Of a stretch of 64,000 bases of DNA, positions 22,577-34,925 are shown piece after piece. Location of the stretch: positions 202,746 to 266,745 of the forward strand of contig WELA01002258.1 of the NCBI GenBank assembly GCA_009602735.1, written 5' to 3'. A model generated the notes under the pieces. The model was given only the letters and a program-made list of their open reading frames with translations, was not told the DNA's origin and searched no databases. A program made the position numbers and the translations under genes. Numbering within the stretch: the first letter of the stretch is position 1; the number at the start of each line of letters is the position of its first letter. This DNA comes from Mesotaenium endlicherianum (Eukaryota).

Positions 22577-23297
22577 TGAAATGAATCGACTTACCAAATA
22601 GGCGATTAACAATTAATAAAGATCTTTATATCAGCAAGTAATCTTTATGGTAATTTCCGTTAACTGGTTAAACGGCAAAGGACAATACACTAGCAGTGAA
22701 TAATACTCGTAAGTCAAATGCGAGTAAACTAGCATCAATAATGCAAATCAGTAAACTCATACATAAGCAAGGTTAGAAGACAGTGCGTATCAATGGCTTC
22801 TCGCCTTGGATTCAGATCTCTCTCAGTAAGCTGTACAAGAGAGTTGGCCTCGTTTCCGAATGCCGAACTCGAGAGCAATGCCTAGCATATGTACATGGAA
22901 TGAGTTTACTGTTCAACAGTCAGTGCGATGGCACCGCCTACCCGGGAGTTAACCACGTTGGTAGGACCTCGGTTAACCAAATCCACTGCCATCTCCCATC
23001 ATCCCGAATAGCCATCCATCATAGGGATGTCATCTGGCTATTCATCTAGCATATCGCACTTAGATGCATATCAAGGCAATTCGCTGCTACCGAGTACGGA
23101 AGTCAGCTTGCTGTCAAAGAATGTGTCAGCAAGCTGACTTATATGGACTTTCAGCCTGCTGCTTTCGACTGAGTCAGCAAACTGATAATTATGTAAAGTC
23201 CAGCAGACTGACTATTAACTAAAGTTCAGCAGGCTGAACTTAATTAACTATTATATTTAAATGAATATTATATCGACTAATATACTGATTCATTACA
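22577..23297 (-). repeat. Element C 5' LTR
   Basis: Direct repeat of 14504-15221, followed by TSD TCTAG. Confidence 0.97.
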
Positions 23298-23495
23298 TCT
23301 AGCCTTGCCTATGTATGAGTTTACTGATTGCATCATTGATGCTAGTTACTTGCATTTGACTTGCTAGTATTGTCCACTGCTAGTGTGTTGTCTTTTGCTG
23401 TTTAATCAATCAACAGAAAATCCATAAAAATTACTTGCTGATGTAAAGATCTTAATTGATTGTTAATCGCCTATTTGGTAAGTCGATTCATTTCA
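23298..23495 (+). repeat. Element A 3' LTR, 3' portion
   Basis: Continues the LTR sequence broken at 14503 and ends GTCGATTCATTTCA. Confidence 0.9.
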
Positions 23496-24785
23496 ATGAT
23501 CCTTTTGTCCTCCTCTTGGGATTGATACATGCTCGCCATTTGCGATTGCATCTGCACAAATAAGGCTCCTAGATCTACATTCTGAGGTGGTAGCCCAGCA
23601 AACGCAGCAGCAGCAACATTAGCTCAATTAGTAGCAGCTTTGGCATTCTCGATTGCTGCCGCTCCGGCTATGCCTGTTGCGCTCGATTGTCTGCGAATTT
23701 GAGGAAGAGGTATGACAGTAGGCACAGCAAGAGGTTGATTGCGGAGATTGGCCCTCTCTGCCATCTGCTCTTCCACAGTCCTTTCGTCAGGGGCCCTCCT
23801 GTTTACTGCCTCCTTCACCTCTTTGGCTAAACGCTCATCCTCAGCCAGCTGGACTGCTAGTGCAGCAAGAGCTGCTGCCTGCTCAGCAGCTTCTCTAGCT
23901 CCTGCATCGTGTAGCGTTTCTAAGTAGGTACGGGGTCCAAAGGCGCGACTTTTGTCTTGCCCTTCTACAATGTTATCATTGTCCTCATCCTCCATTTCCC
24001 GAGAGTTGCTAGCTTGAGACCTAGTCCTTATCATACACGACTACTGTGATAACTGCTCCGATACTACTGAAATGAATCGACTTACCAATAGGCGATTGAC
24101 TCTTAATAAAGATCTTTATATCAGCGAATAATCTTTATGGTATAGTAACACACTAGCAGTGAGCAATACACGCAAGTCAAATGCAAGTCAACTAGCACTA
24201 ATAATGCAATCAGTAAACTCATACATAAGCAGGGCTAGAAGACAGTGCGTATCAATGCCTTCTCGCCTTGGATTCAAATATCTCTCATTAAGCTGTACAA
24301 GTAAGTTGGCCTCGTTCTTGAATGCCAAACTCGAGACCAATACCTAGCATATGTATATGAATGAGTTTATTCTTCAACAGCAAGTGCGATGGCACCGCCT
24401 ACCCGGGAGTTAACCACGTTGGTAGGACCTCGGGTAACCAAATCCACAGCCATCTCCCATCATCCCGAATCGCCGTCCACCTTAAGGGTGTCATCTGCCC
24501 ACTCATCTAGCACACAACACTTAAATGCATCGCTAGGCAGTTCGCTGCTGCCAAGTACGGCAGCCAGCTGACTGTCAAAGAATGTGTCAGCAAGCTGACA
24601 CAAGTCAACAGGCTGACCTAATGGACTTCAGCCTGCTACTCTCGATTGAGTCATTTAAGTAAGTATCAAGTTTCCAGCAGACTTCAATCCAGCAGACTAA
24701 ATATTAACTATAGTTCAGCAGGCTGAACTAATTTGCCTGTTATATCTATGAATACTATATCTATCCAATATCCTGATCCATTACA
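23496..24785 (-). mobile_element. Element D: 5' end (LTR 24068-24785, mutated PBS, gag start 24034) of another C-family copy, interrupted in gag by A
   Basis: MIRTRSQASNSRE gag start homologous to C; 718-bp LTR; the gag sequence stops exactly at the end of A's 3' LTR. Confidence 0.9.
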
Positions 24786-25419
24786 AGTGTGCAGGAGCAA
24801 GCTTTATGACCTAGGCCATGAGAAGAGTAAGGTGAGGCCTAGCTATTGGTGCGCAATGTGTGGAGTAGCGTTTTGCCCCGCGCCTTGCTTTGAGGAGTAC
24901 CATACCAACAGGCACATAGCACATGTAGATAGTGGCCCCTACAGGTTGAGTAGCAATAACAAGTAGGACTGTAGAGCAGAGGAACTGCAACAAAAACATA
25001 TATGAAAGACATGGTGCTTCATAAGCAGTGCAGCATCATGTGTGCAAAGCTGTCAATTCTGCAATATTTTGCAAATAATAATTTGTTTTTCATCATTTTC
25101 ATTGATTATTTTTATCTCAATATTTTTCTGTAAGTAAAGTAGCACCTTATTTTCAAGCTCCAATTTACAGATTACTATTTGCATGTGTCAAAGTTGGCTC
25201 TATTTGCTCGTTTCTTGTTACTGTACACACTTTGTACGGAAAGTACACCTTACCTTTCCAAAAATTGCGGGCCACATGGCAAGTGCAATACTTTGTGATG
25301 TAAGCTCTCTTATGGTCAATCACACATAGTCATAGCTTCACTGGGTTATTTCAATATAGTGTGACTTAGGTGGTGCATTATTGGACCATATATGGTCTTT
25401 TCCTCGAGAGATCTATTAA
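24786..25419 (+). mobile_element. Probable 3' end of a piggyBac-like DNA transposon (Cys-rich C-terminal domain 24786-24966, then terminus and TTAA)
   Basis: VCR...PSYWCAMCGVAFCPAPCFEEYH resembles the piggyBac transposase C-terminal Cys-rich domain; palindrome GACCATATATGGTC at 25384-25397; TTAA at 25416-25419 where element E resumes. Confidence 0.65.
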
Positions 25420-28347
25420 GTTGGAGGGAGTGTAACACATCCCCGTCGAGCACAACTTAAATTTACATAAGCACTTCTGCACACTCGACTGCCCTCACAA
25501 CTCACTTTACATTTTGCATCGCTACTCCCTTACACTCAAAACTTTACTCAGGTAATATCGGGTGTATGTGGGTTTTGCACTTGGGAACACTCTGGTTATT
25601 GCGCTTACTTGATGCTATACTCGATACGCATATGCCTGGAATTACACTAATACACATGTGTATGCGTGTGAGCAGGATGCCTACCAACCAGAAAGAAGAC
25701 AGGAAGCGCAAGGCTGAACTGGCTCAAAGGGAGCTAGAACGACATCGCCAGGAGATTGCTCGGACATCCCTCTCGAGAAGGGAAGAAGAACGAGCTCGTT
25801 GACAACAAGAGGAGCAGAGGAAAAAGGAACAAGAGAAAGCCGAGGAGGCCAGATTGAGGAAAGAACAGGAGTATGCTGCTGAAGCAGAAGGACTCAGTAA
25901 ATTGGAGGAAGAAAGGTTGAGGAAGGCTGAGGAGGCCAAGAGGTAGGAGTGGGCTACTTACAGGTATACTGTGGTGGGCCATAATTTTAGTAAACTTAAG
26001 GCAGCTTTACTGGTCGCTCAGGAGATCAACAAGGACACTGAGTTGAAAGTGCTCCAGAAGGAAGGGGAAGGGGCCCTAGACAAGTATATTGAGACTTACA
26101 CGGGTCTAGTCCTCTACGAAGATTATGCCAACATGGTGGGATACACAGAGGATGAGGCAGCAGCTCTGGCCCTTGATGGAGAGTCTACACCAGTCCAGGT
26201 GCCTTGCATAGCAGGCAGCCACAGGGTTATCAGGATGGTGTCTACGGAGGCAGACAGCTTCAAGGATGTCAAGCACTATCATATGCTGAGTCCATTCTAC
26301 GTTGAGGTGGAGAGAAAAAGCTGGAAATATCAGGCCAAGGAGACAGGCCAGCAGATGTTTGCCCCCCACTGCTTCCCTTGCCCATTGACCAAGACGGAGC
26401 ATGGACTTAAGAGTACTACCAACACCCCACAGACTGGAGATGGATGACCATCACCAACAAGAAGCAGGAGTGCGAGCCAGCCCACCCCGACAATTTCCAT
26501 CATGATTTGGATGAATTCCTCATCCTACCTCCTCGTATTGCCCCTTGGGATCCCAGGCTCAACCATTGCCTCTCCAACATGAGCTCCTGGATGAAGAATT
26601 ACGGGAAGCGGGGGCGGGATTATTTGTCCAAGGGGAAGCACGCTTTTGTCAAATGGGCAAAGAATGAAGGGCGAATAGAGCTCAGCAAGCTGTGGGTTCA
26701 GCAACCCCCAAAGAGATCCAAAAAGGGGCAATCAGTTGACTACTCTAGAATTGCTAGGAAGTTAATTGACATGGCGGATGCCACCCCAACCCTCTCAGAA
26801 GAGGAGGATGAAGAAGAGGAGGAACAGGAACAGGAACAGGAACAGGAACAGGTACTAGGAGAGGCCTCTATTTTTGGAAGAGCACAGGCACAGGAGGTAG
26901 CTGAGAAGGTACCGTCTCCAGGGAGGCGAGATAAATGGGTGGTAACACCAACAGTGAAGCCCACTTCACCTCCACACAGAGACCCTCTAGCCCTCTAACT
27001 CAAGTCTTCGAGGAGGAGGAGCTTACTGTTCTGGGCAGCAGACCTACACGTCGATCTCTTGATGACAAGACAGCCGGGAGGGCAGCCAGAGAAGTTGCCA
27101 GGAGTGTGGCGGCAACCCCCTCAACTATAGCAATGCTGCTCTTGCCAATGTGTTCTAGCATCCTATGAAACTCTCAATTTATGTGGGGGTCAGCACACAG
27201 GTTGCTGAGGAAAGGACAGGAGTTTTGCTGCAGGCCCCCAGGGGTCCTTCCTTAGCGGAAGTAGGGGTGTTTAGGAGGCCAACTGAGAGGGTTAGAGGAC
27301 TGTCAATAGAATCCAGGTCCAGGTCTAGGTCTTAATCTCCTGATCCTAGGGCTCCAGGAACATCTCTCTAATGTTAGTAAACCATCCTTTCGTCAACCTT
27401 GCTGGAGGTCTCTTTGTTTGCATTGCACAATGGCAGTGGGCTGAGGGTGGAGGTGACAGCTTGCTGTTACTAATGATCCCCACAGCTAGGCAGCAATGTT
27501 GAAGCAAGAGGCAGTGGTAGGAAGATCAGTACTGTGAGCCTAATGGACTCTTGAAGTTCATAGTTATTGTTGTCAAGGCGACAATAAGTTAAGTTGGAGG
27601 GATTGTGATGAATCAATATATTATTGGACATAACATTCAGTTTGTAATAAATCAATATATTGTTGGATACAATATTCATTTGAATATGTTAGCTTATTAT
27701 ATTCCGTCAGCTAAATTTTAGTTAACATTAATTCTGCTGGACATAAAGGTAATTATCGAGTATAATGACTCACTCGATGGCAGCAGGCTGAAGTCAACTT
27801 AGGTCAGCTTGCTGACACATTCTTTTACAGTCAGCTGACTGTTGTACTCGGTAGCAATGAACTGCCTAGATATGCATCTAAGTGTGATATGTTAGATGAA
27901 TGGCCAGAGGACACCCTTGGATGGATGGCAATTCGGGATGATGGGAGATGGCGGTGGATTTGGTTAGCCGTGGTCTTGCCGACGTGGTTAACTCCCGGGT
28001 AGGCGGTGCCATCGCACTTGCCCTTGAACAGTAAACTCATTCCATGCACATAGGTTACAGATGCTCTCGAGTTCGGCTTTTGGAAAACAAGGCCAATTCT
28101 CTTGTACCGCTTACTGAATCCAAGTCAAGAAGCCATTGATACAAATTGTCGTCTAACCTTACTTATGTATGAGTATTCTGATTGCATGACTTGCTCGTTG
28201 ACTTGCATTTGACTGACGAGTATTGAAACGCTAGTTGTGAAGTCTTTTGCTGATTACTAGGTAATAAAAAAACCCTGTAAAATTATTTGTTGACGTACAG
28301 ATCTTTTATTACTTGTTAATCGTCTACTCGTAAGTCGATTCATTTCC
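25416..28347 (+). mobile_element. Element E: 3' part (internal PPT, ORF3, PPT, 3' LTR 27604-28347) of a more diverged family member
   Basis: ORF3 homology; PPT TTAAGTTGGAGGGAT at 27589-27603; LTR TGTGATGAATC...GATTCATTTCC. Confidence 0.88.
25677..27371 (+). pseudogene. Element E ORF3 (diverged homolog, with stops and frameshifts)
   Basis: MPTNQKEDRKRKAE; YIETYTGLVLYEDYANMVGY; LILPPRIAPWDPRLN; KGKHAFVKWAKN. Confidence 0.9.
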
Positions 28348-28523
28348 ACATGTGAAAGGCCACACCATCATAATCGGCAGCATGTAAGCATGTGAGGTGA
28401 CTGACTCGTCAGCAAAACAAAATTGGAAGGAAGTTTTTGAAGCAGCCCTAAATGTATCGATTCTGCACGATTTCACACGCTTAAAAACCGGCGACCGTTT
28501 TCGAATCCATATTTCATAACTAG

Positions 28524-28759
28524 AGATGCAACACTAGGCAGTTTGCTAATATCGTGCGCGGCAATCAGTTGACTGTCAAAGAATGTGTCAGCAAGTTGAC
28601 CTATAGTGGAATTCAACCTAGTCTACCCAAGTGAGTCATTATACTAAATGTCATTAAAAGTTCAACAAATTTAATATCACCTAAAGTTCAGCAGACTGAA
28701 CCTAATGAGCCATTACATTTAAAGGAATACTATATTTACCAATGTATTGGTTCATTATA
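28524..28759 (-). repeat. Degenerate partial LTR of the C family
   Basis: Contains the CTGTCAAAGAATGTGTCAGCAAG core and a decayed terminus GGTTCATTATA. Confidence 0.7.
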
Positions 28760-28762
28760 GAT

Positions 28763-29019
28763 TATCATGAATCATTATATTGGCAAATATATTGATTTAT
28801 AGGTGATTGTAATAATTTAACAAGTTCCATCTGCTGAACTTTAGTTCATGTTTAGACCGGTCGACTTTCAAGAACGTTCATTTTAATGACTCAGCCGATA
28901 GCAACAGGCTATATTCTACTTAACTCAGCTTGCTGACACATTCTTTGACGGCTAGCTGGCCTCCTTAACCCGTACTAGCGAACTGGTTGAGAATGCATCT
29001 AATTATGTTATGCTAGACA
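28763..29019 (+). repeat. Degenerate C-family LTR, 5' portion, interrupted by element F
   Basis: Decayed start TATCATGAATC and the CTTGCTGACACATTCTTTGAC core. Confidence 0.7.
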
Positions 29020-32000
29020 TGTAAGGTCATAGGTTAATAAAGTACATTTGTGAGTTTCATGAAAGTATGTTTTGATTGTACAGTAGTGTAGAATGCATTT
29101 TTGTAGTCATTTTGATATAAAGTTCATCGAATTTGGTCAAGTATTGAGAGAGTTACGGATTTCTGAAGTTTAATTAGTTTTGAGGTCGGTTGACGACTGT
29201 CCTTAATTCGCGGTGAGCGCGACCGTCGGATTGACTGGCAGCGTCGAGCAATCTGGCCCGTTAGAGTGAACTCGAACCTTCACGTAAGTTCGGCTGACGC
29301 GGAGTGCCGACTAGGTCGATTTACCTAAAAGTTTCGGTTTAGCCTAGCGCGTCTAAGATAGAATATTCTAGTAATGTCGATGCATGTATGTGGACATCAA
29401 TTCGGCCCGACACGTCAGATTAGACTGATCTGGCTTACTCACGAATATTCTGGAAGGGACGATTTGACGAACACTTAGAAAAATCCGTAGCTTCCTCCTA
29501 GGGAGGAGCACTTAGGCAGAAAATTATAAATAGGCATAACTTCTTTGTTTCTTATCAATTTTCAATTTAGTAAATTTCTACGAGTTTGTAATGATAAGGC
29601 CTTCCATTCTACATCATTTGTGAGCAGTTTCTTGCCACTCAAAATGTCAAGTAATTCTCCTAAGCTTTCTTAGCAATATGTCGCTGCACTCTTGAGTATG
29701 ATTGCAACTAGCTTTGTTCCTCGTGAGTCACTACGCTTCCACTAGGGCACTCTACCCCTTTCATCTGGTATCGGAGCAGGGGTAGTTTGCATATTATATT
29801 ATGGAGTCGCAGTCGGCAACTGGAGGAGGCGAACATGCCGAGCATATTGAGCGTGTGGAGCAGACGGCACCACCTTTGTCAAGGGAGCAACAAGAAATGC
29901 AGGCGATGCTGAGGCAAATGGCGGATGCAATTGGAGGAGAAGTCTACACCCAGTTTCAATGCGCGCGGAGGTGGAGAGAATGGTGCGAGTTGTTATGGGG
30001 AACACCGCTTCGACGAGTTCGGCACCTACATCTGATGTGCCACCAATTCCCGTTAACCTAGTGGTGCAACCAGTTATTCCACCCGCATCGGGAGTGCGTG
30101 CGCTTAAGCTTGAAGATTATACTGGAGAGCGTGAATCGCCGCCTGTTCATCAGTGGATTTTTGGAGTGAAGAAATTTATGGAGTACTCTGCGCTCACGCC
30201 CGACGGGCAAGTTGCCTTTGTCATAACCTTGCTGCAGAAGAGTGCTGGAGCTTGGTATGAACGAGAAGAGCAGCTGTCTGGAGTTCCTGATACTGTTGAT
30301 CAGCTCTTTGAAGGCTTAAAGAGACAATTTCAACCTATTGCACCCGAGGCTACTGCTCAAGATCTATTGGTGCGCCTTCGTCAACGAGCAAGCGTTCAAG
30401 AGTATGTACGGCGCTTCAACGAGCTGGTGCTTCAATGTCCATCCATGCACAAGTCGGAGATGATGGACAAGTTCAAGAGGGGACTCAAGCCAACTGTGGC
30501 CAAGGAAGTGGCGCTCAAGGACCCTACCAGCGTTGGAGAAATGATGGCATTGGCAACAAGGGTCGACGCTGTGGAGTATAGTCAGAGGCAGTGGGGCAGC
30601 CACAACTTTAGAGGATATCGACACTTTGGATCTCAAGCGCCAAGCACGAGTGGACAAGGCCCAGTACCTATGGAGTTGGGACTTGTGCAGTACCAGCGCA
30701 GGCAGCAGAATTTCAAGCCGAGAGGACCCTGCTATTTGTGGCAAGCTTGGACATCTGGCTCGAGATTGTCATGTGAAGGCGAAGCAGCCTCAACAATAGG
30801 AAAAAGGAGGACGCCAGTAAGTCGTTCTGGGGTGTCTACTGGCGTGAAGACGAGAACTCACAAGGAGGTTATCCCCAGGAGCCTGCCAAGAAGCAAAGGA
30901 CGAGACAATGACAAGCCTATCATCGTGGAAGGAGTGGTTGACGACAACAAGGCGAAGTGTATGGTCGACAGTGGCGCAAGTGCAAGCTTTGTGCACAAGA
31001 AGCTGGTGAAAGAGTGGCGAATCCCTGTGCAGAAGCATTATGAGCCTAAGGAGGCAATTTTGGCGAATGGGCAGAGACTCAAGTGTGGTGCACCTACGGA
31101 AGCTATTCACGTGGAAGTAGCGGGGCACCAGAGCACTGAAGTTATGGAGCAGGCAGAGTTAGGTCACCATGAGGTGATATTGGGCCGACCATGGCTAAGA
31201 GAAGCCAACCCTCAAGTGCACTGGAGCACGGGACAAGTGAAAGTCCAAGGGCGCGATGGTCGAATGGAGACAGCGAAACAGGTGGAGGTAGATACGACCA
31301 CAAGTAACTGTCTTCTGTCCAGCCTGCAAGTTAAGAAGCTATGCAGGGCAAATCAGGTGAAGGAGATGTACCTTGTTTCGGTGGCCCTTGCCAGGTCATC
31401 AGATGGAGCAAGCGTGAATCCTAACAGCCTGGGCGAATGTACATCGCCAGAGGAGCAAGTAGTGGTGTCTGATCCCCTTGCTTAGAAGGAGCAGAGCCCA
31501 ACTGCTCACGGGAAGAAGCTTGCTGAGAAGCCTGCCCAAATTAAGGCGCTGTTGGAGGAGTTCACGTGCGTTTTTTCCGAGAAGCTACCTGCAGGATTAC
31601 CTCCACAGAGAGCTATGGAGCACAAGATTGAGTTGGAACTAGGGAGCAAGCCACCAATGAGACCCGCCTATCGTCAATCGTTTGCGGAGTTGGATGAGTT
31701 GAAGAAGCAGCTGACAGAGTTATTGGAGAAGGAATTTATCCGACCCAGCGAGTCTCCATTTTGCAGCGTAAGCCTTATTTGTGAAGAAGAAAGATGGGAC
31801 TATGAGGATGAGTGTCGACTACCGGGCTCTCAACAAGGTCACCATCAAGAACAGGTACCCACTTCCACAAGTGGACAAGTTGATTGACAGGCTTGTCGGG
31901 GCGAAGTATTTCTCGAAGATCGATTAGAGGAGTGGCTATCACCAGGTACGGATTGCGGAAAGAGACGTTCAAAAGACTGCTTTCAGAACTCGCTATGGTT

Positions 32001-33231
32001 TATTTGAGTTCACAGTCATGCCTTTTGGATTGACCATTGCACCTGCTACATTTATGGGACTCATGAATAGTATCTTCAGACCCTACTTGGACCAATTTGT
32101 GGTGGTATTTCTGGACGACATCCTGATTTATTCGAAGACCTTGGAGGAGCATGTGGAGCATCTGAGGAAGGTGTTGGAGGTCTTGAGAGATCAGAAGCTG
32201 TATGAGAAGATGAGCAAGTGCGACTTCTGTCTCAATGAAGTCGAATTTCTTGGACATATAGTGGGAGCTGAAGGAGTCAAGGTGGAGCAGAAGAAGGTGC
32301 AAGCAGTCAGAGATTGGACGGTACCTGCTGATATTCATCAACTCAAGAGTTTCCTCGTCATGGCGAATTATTATCGACGTTTCATTGAAGGATTTGCCAA
32401 GGTGTGTGCACCGCTCACGGACATGTTGAAGAAGCAGGAGAAGTGGCTATGGGGTGACAAGGAGCAGCAAGCATTTGAGAAGATTAAGAAGCTGTTGACA
32501 CAGGCACCTGTGTTGGCAATTGCAAGTCCAGAGCTTCCTTTCACCATCATCACGGACGCATCAAATTTCGCAGTGGGAGCCATTCTTCTCCAGCCTCAGG
32601 GCAAAGGATTGCAGCCAGTGGCATATGAGAGCAGGAAGTTGAGTCCTGCTGAGCAAAACTATGCAGCACACGAGCGGGAGATGTTGGCTATTATCCAGGC
32701 CTTGAGGATTTGGCGATGTTCTGTGGACGGCCGTAAGGTGTTCATCAAGACCAACCACAAGAGCTTGAAGAAGTTTATGATGCAGCCAACGTTGACACCA
32801 AGACAGGCAAGTTGGATGGAGTTTCTGCAACAGTTCGACCACAAGATTGAGTACTTACCTGGGAAGATCAACCCTGCAGACGCTTTAACCAGGAGATGTG
32901 ACCTTGCAGCTGTCTCAGTCATCAAGGAGAATATGGACTTCAAGGAGAAGCTTCAAAGAGGTTATGAGGTGGACCCGGAGTTTGTTGATGGTGGAGCAGC
33001 TGAGTTCAACGCGAGTATGCTGAAGAAGGACGGCATATGGTATTATGGTGATTCCAACAGAGTGGTGGTACCTGACATCAAGGAGCTACGAGACTTACTA
33101 CTTGCGGAGCATCATGATTCCTTATATGCTGGACACTTTGGAAGCGAGAAGACGGCAAGCGTGCTAAAGCGGGAGTACTATTGGAGAAATATGGACAAGG
33201 ACATCGAGGAGTGGATCAGGAGTTGCGATTC
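29020..33231 (+). mobile_element. Element F: 3'-truncated Ty3/gypsy element (LTR 29020-29763, PBS 29766-29778)
   Basis: TGTAAGG...CCTTTCA LTR, PBS TGGTATCGGAGCA, gag-pol ending in the integrase zinc finger; no 3' LTR. The 5' LTR boundary is inferred. Confidence 0.85.
29801..33231 (+). pseudogene. gag-pol: Element F gag-pol, frameshifted and truncated
   Basis: [60 protein letters not shown]...RSCD. Confidence 0.92.
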
Positions 33232-34496
33232 TTCACGCCCGACGTTCTGACAAACAGCATCCGAAATTGACGTTTCTCATTGGCAATTTTGGCCGCGTCA
33301 AGATTCTCCAACCGACTCGTTTGACGAGGTACCACGTGGCCACATTGAGGGCGCGTGGTGAGAATTTTATTTTTTGACCGCAGATGAGTAAGGTCTTAAG
33401 GGCCCCATGTAGGAGTTTCACCCCGTGAGGCTATTACCCCCTTAGGGGCTTGACCCCACGAGTCGAACCTCAAAGGGGCTTTTGTACTATGAGGGTTCAA
33501 CCCATCAAGGCCTTACCTCCGTAGGGCTTTATTGACGCTCTAAGTGGCTATTGTAGTCAATGAGATTGGTAAGTAATAAAAAACGGAGGCGTCCCTGTGC
33601 CGACTGTATTGAAAGGCTGGCTGTTTACAAATTTACTTTGTGGGTTATAGAGTCATCAGTGATTGGTTGAGAAGCGGGGCACAGGCCTGTCACGGGTCAC
33701 CTTTGACACCTTATCGTGCAATTGCATACCACGGTTACGGGCTCGCTTTGGTCGCGTTGGCCTGTTGCTGGCTCACAACGACCAAAATTTCTAAGTTATT
33801 TGCTGACGCGAACGCATCAGCATAACGTTACTCGCTGCCATAGAGAGCGGGCAACGGCGACAGGCAACTTGGACGGGCTGCCGATTCAGGTGGCCTGTCA
33901 GGGCCGCGGCCCAATTACTCTGGTCCGCCGCTGACACAAGTCAGCAGGCAACAAGGACGGGATGCCCGATAATAGTAAACGGGCCAATCCGGTGCGCTGA
34001 CCGTCTGGCCCGTCGCCTTCTTCACAAATTGACCGGGCAACGAGGAGCGGGCCTGTCAGGCCACCCCCGCCACCCGCTAACTTTTGCAAGTGAACTTCAA
34101 ATTTTGCTACTTTTTGTTTTGGACTTTTGTGACCAACGAGTCTATGATAGCGTTATCGCCACACGCAAACTTAACGACGACCAATCAGAAGACGGTGCCT
34201 ATACTTAGTTCGAAATCGCATGGTGGTGAACATCTCTGAGGCGATGCAAATGTCTACGCGTCGAATGTGGAGATCAAGCGGAGATCGTTCCCAAACGATT
34301 TCTTCGCTATTTAGTGTAGAAATATCAAAAAATATCACTCTTTTCCTGCCGTGGAGGGGTCATTTTCTCCAGTTTGTGTGGAGGGGTCATTTTCTCCAGT
34401 TTGTATGGCTTAGCGTTGAAAAAATCCAAAGGAGATGATCGGAGATCGACACGTGGGGCATTTTTTGCAGTTTTGATTCAAACCGGTCTAAGAGTG

Positions 34497-34885
34497 TAGC
34501 CGAGGTGCTACCAACGTGGTTAACTCCCTAGTAGCGGTGCCCTCGCACTTGCCGTTGAACAGTAAATTCATTCCTTGTATATATGCTAGTATTGCTATCG
34601 AGTTTGACATTCGAAAACGAGGCCAACTCTGTTTATAGACTACTAAGGGAATATCTAAATCCAAGGCTGCAAGTTCTTATACGAACTACTTATAAACCTT
34701 CTTCATGTATGAATTTTTTGATGGCATGCCGCATAATTGATGCTTATTACATACATTTGACTCATGAGTATTGCTTACGCTAGTTATGTGGTCTTATAAT
34801 CTTTAACAATTTCACTTAGAAAATACCATAAACAACAATGTTGATATAAAGATCTTTTATTGATTGTTAGTCGCTTATTGGTGAA
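34497..34885 (+). repeat. Degenerate C-family LTR, 3' portion (possibly the continuation of 28763-29019)
   Basis: TAGCCGAGG..CGTGGTTAACTCCC..CACTTGCCGTTGAACAGTAAA matches the A and E LTRs. Confidence 0.75.
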
Positions 34886-34925
34886 GAATTTATTTCGATA
34901 GCCTAAGTCTTGCCGAGGCAATCTC

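Larger units (their letters stand above)
14504..23297 (-). mobile_element. Element C: intact Ty3/gypsy chromovirus-type retrotransposon with gag, pol and an extra ORF3
   Basis: LTRs of 718 and 721 bp (about 98% identical by eye), TSD TCTAG at 14499-14503 and 23298-23302, PBS, PPT and three uninterrupted ORFs. Confidence 0.97.
1..23495 (+). mobile_element. Element A: decayed Ty3/gypsy chromovirus-type LTR retrotransposon, same family as C; 5' part lies left of the window; interrupted by B, a solo LTR and C
   Basis: Collinear with intact element C across pol, ORF3, the PPT (TTAAGTTAGAGGGAT, 13919-13933) and a 3' LTR that starts TGTAATGAATC at 13934 and ends GATTCATTTCA at 23495. Confidence 0.92.
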
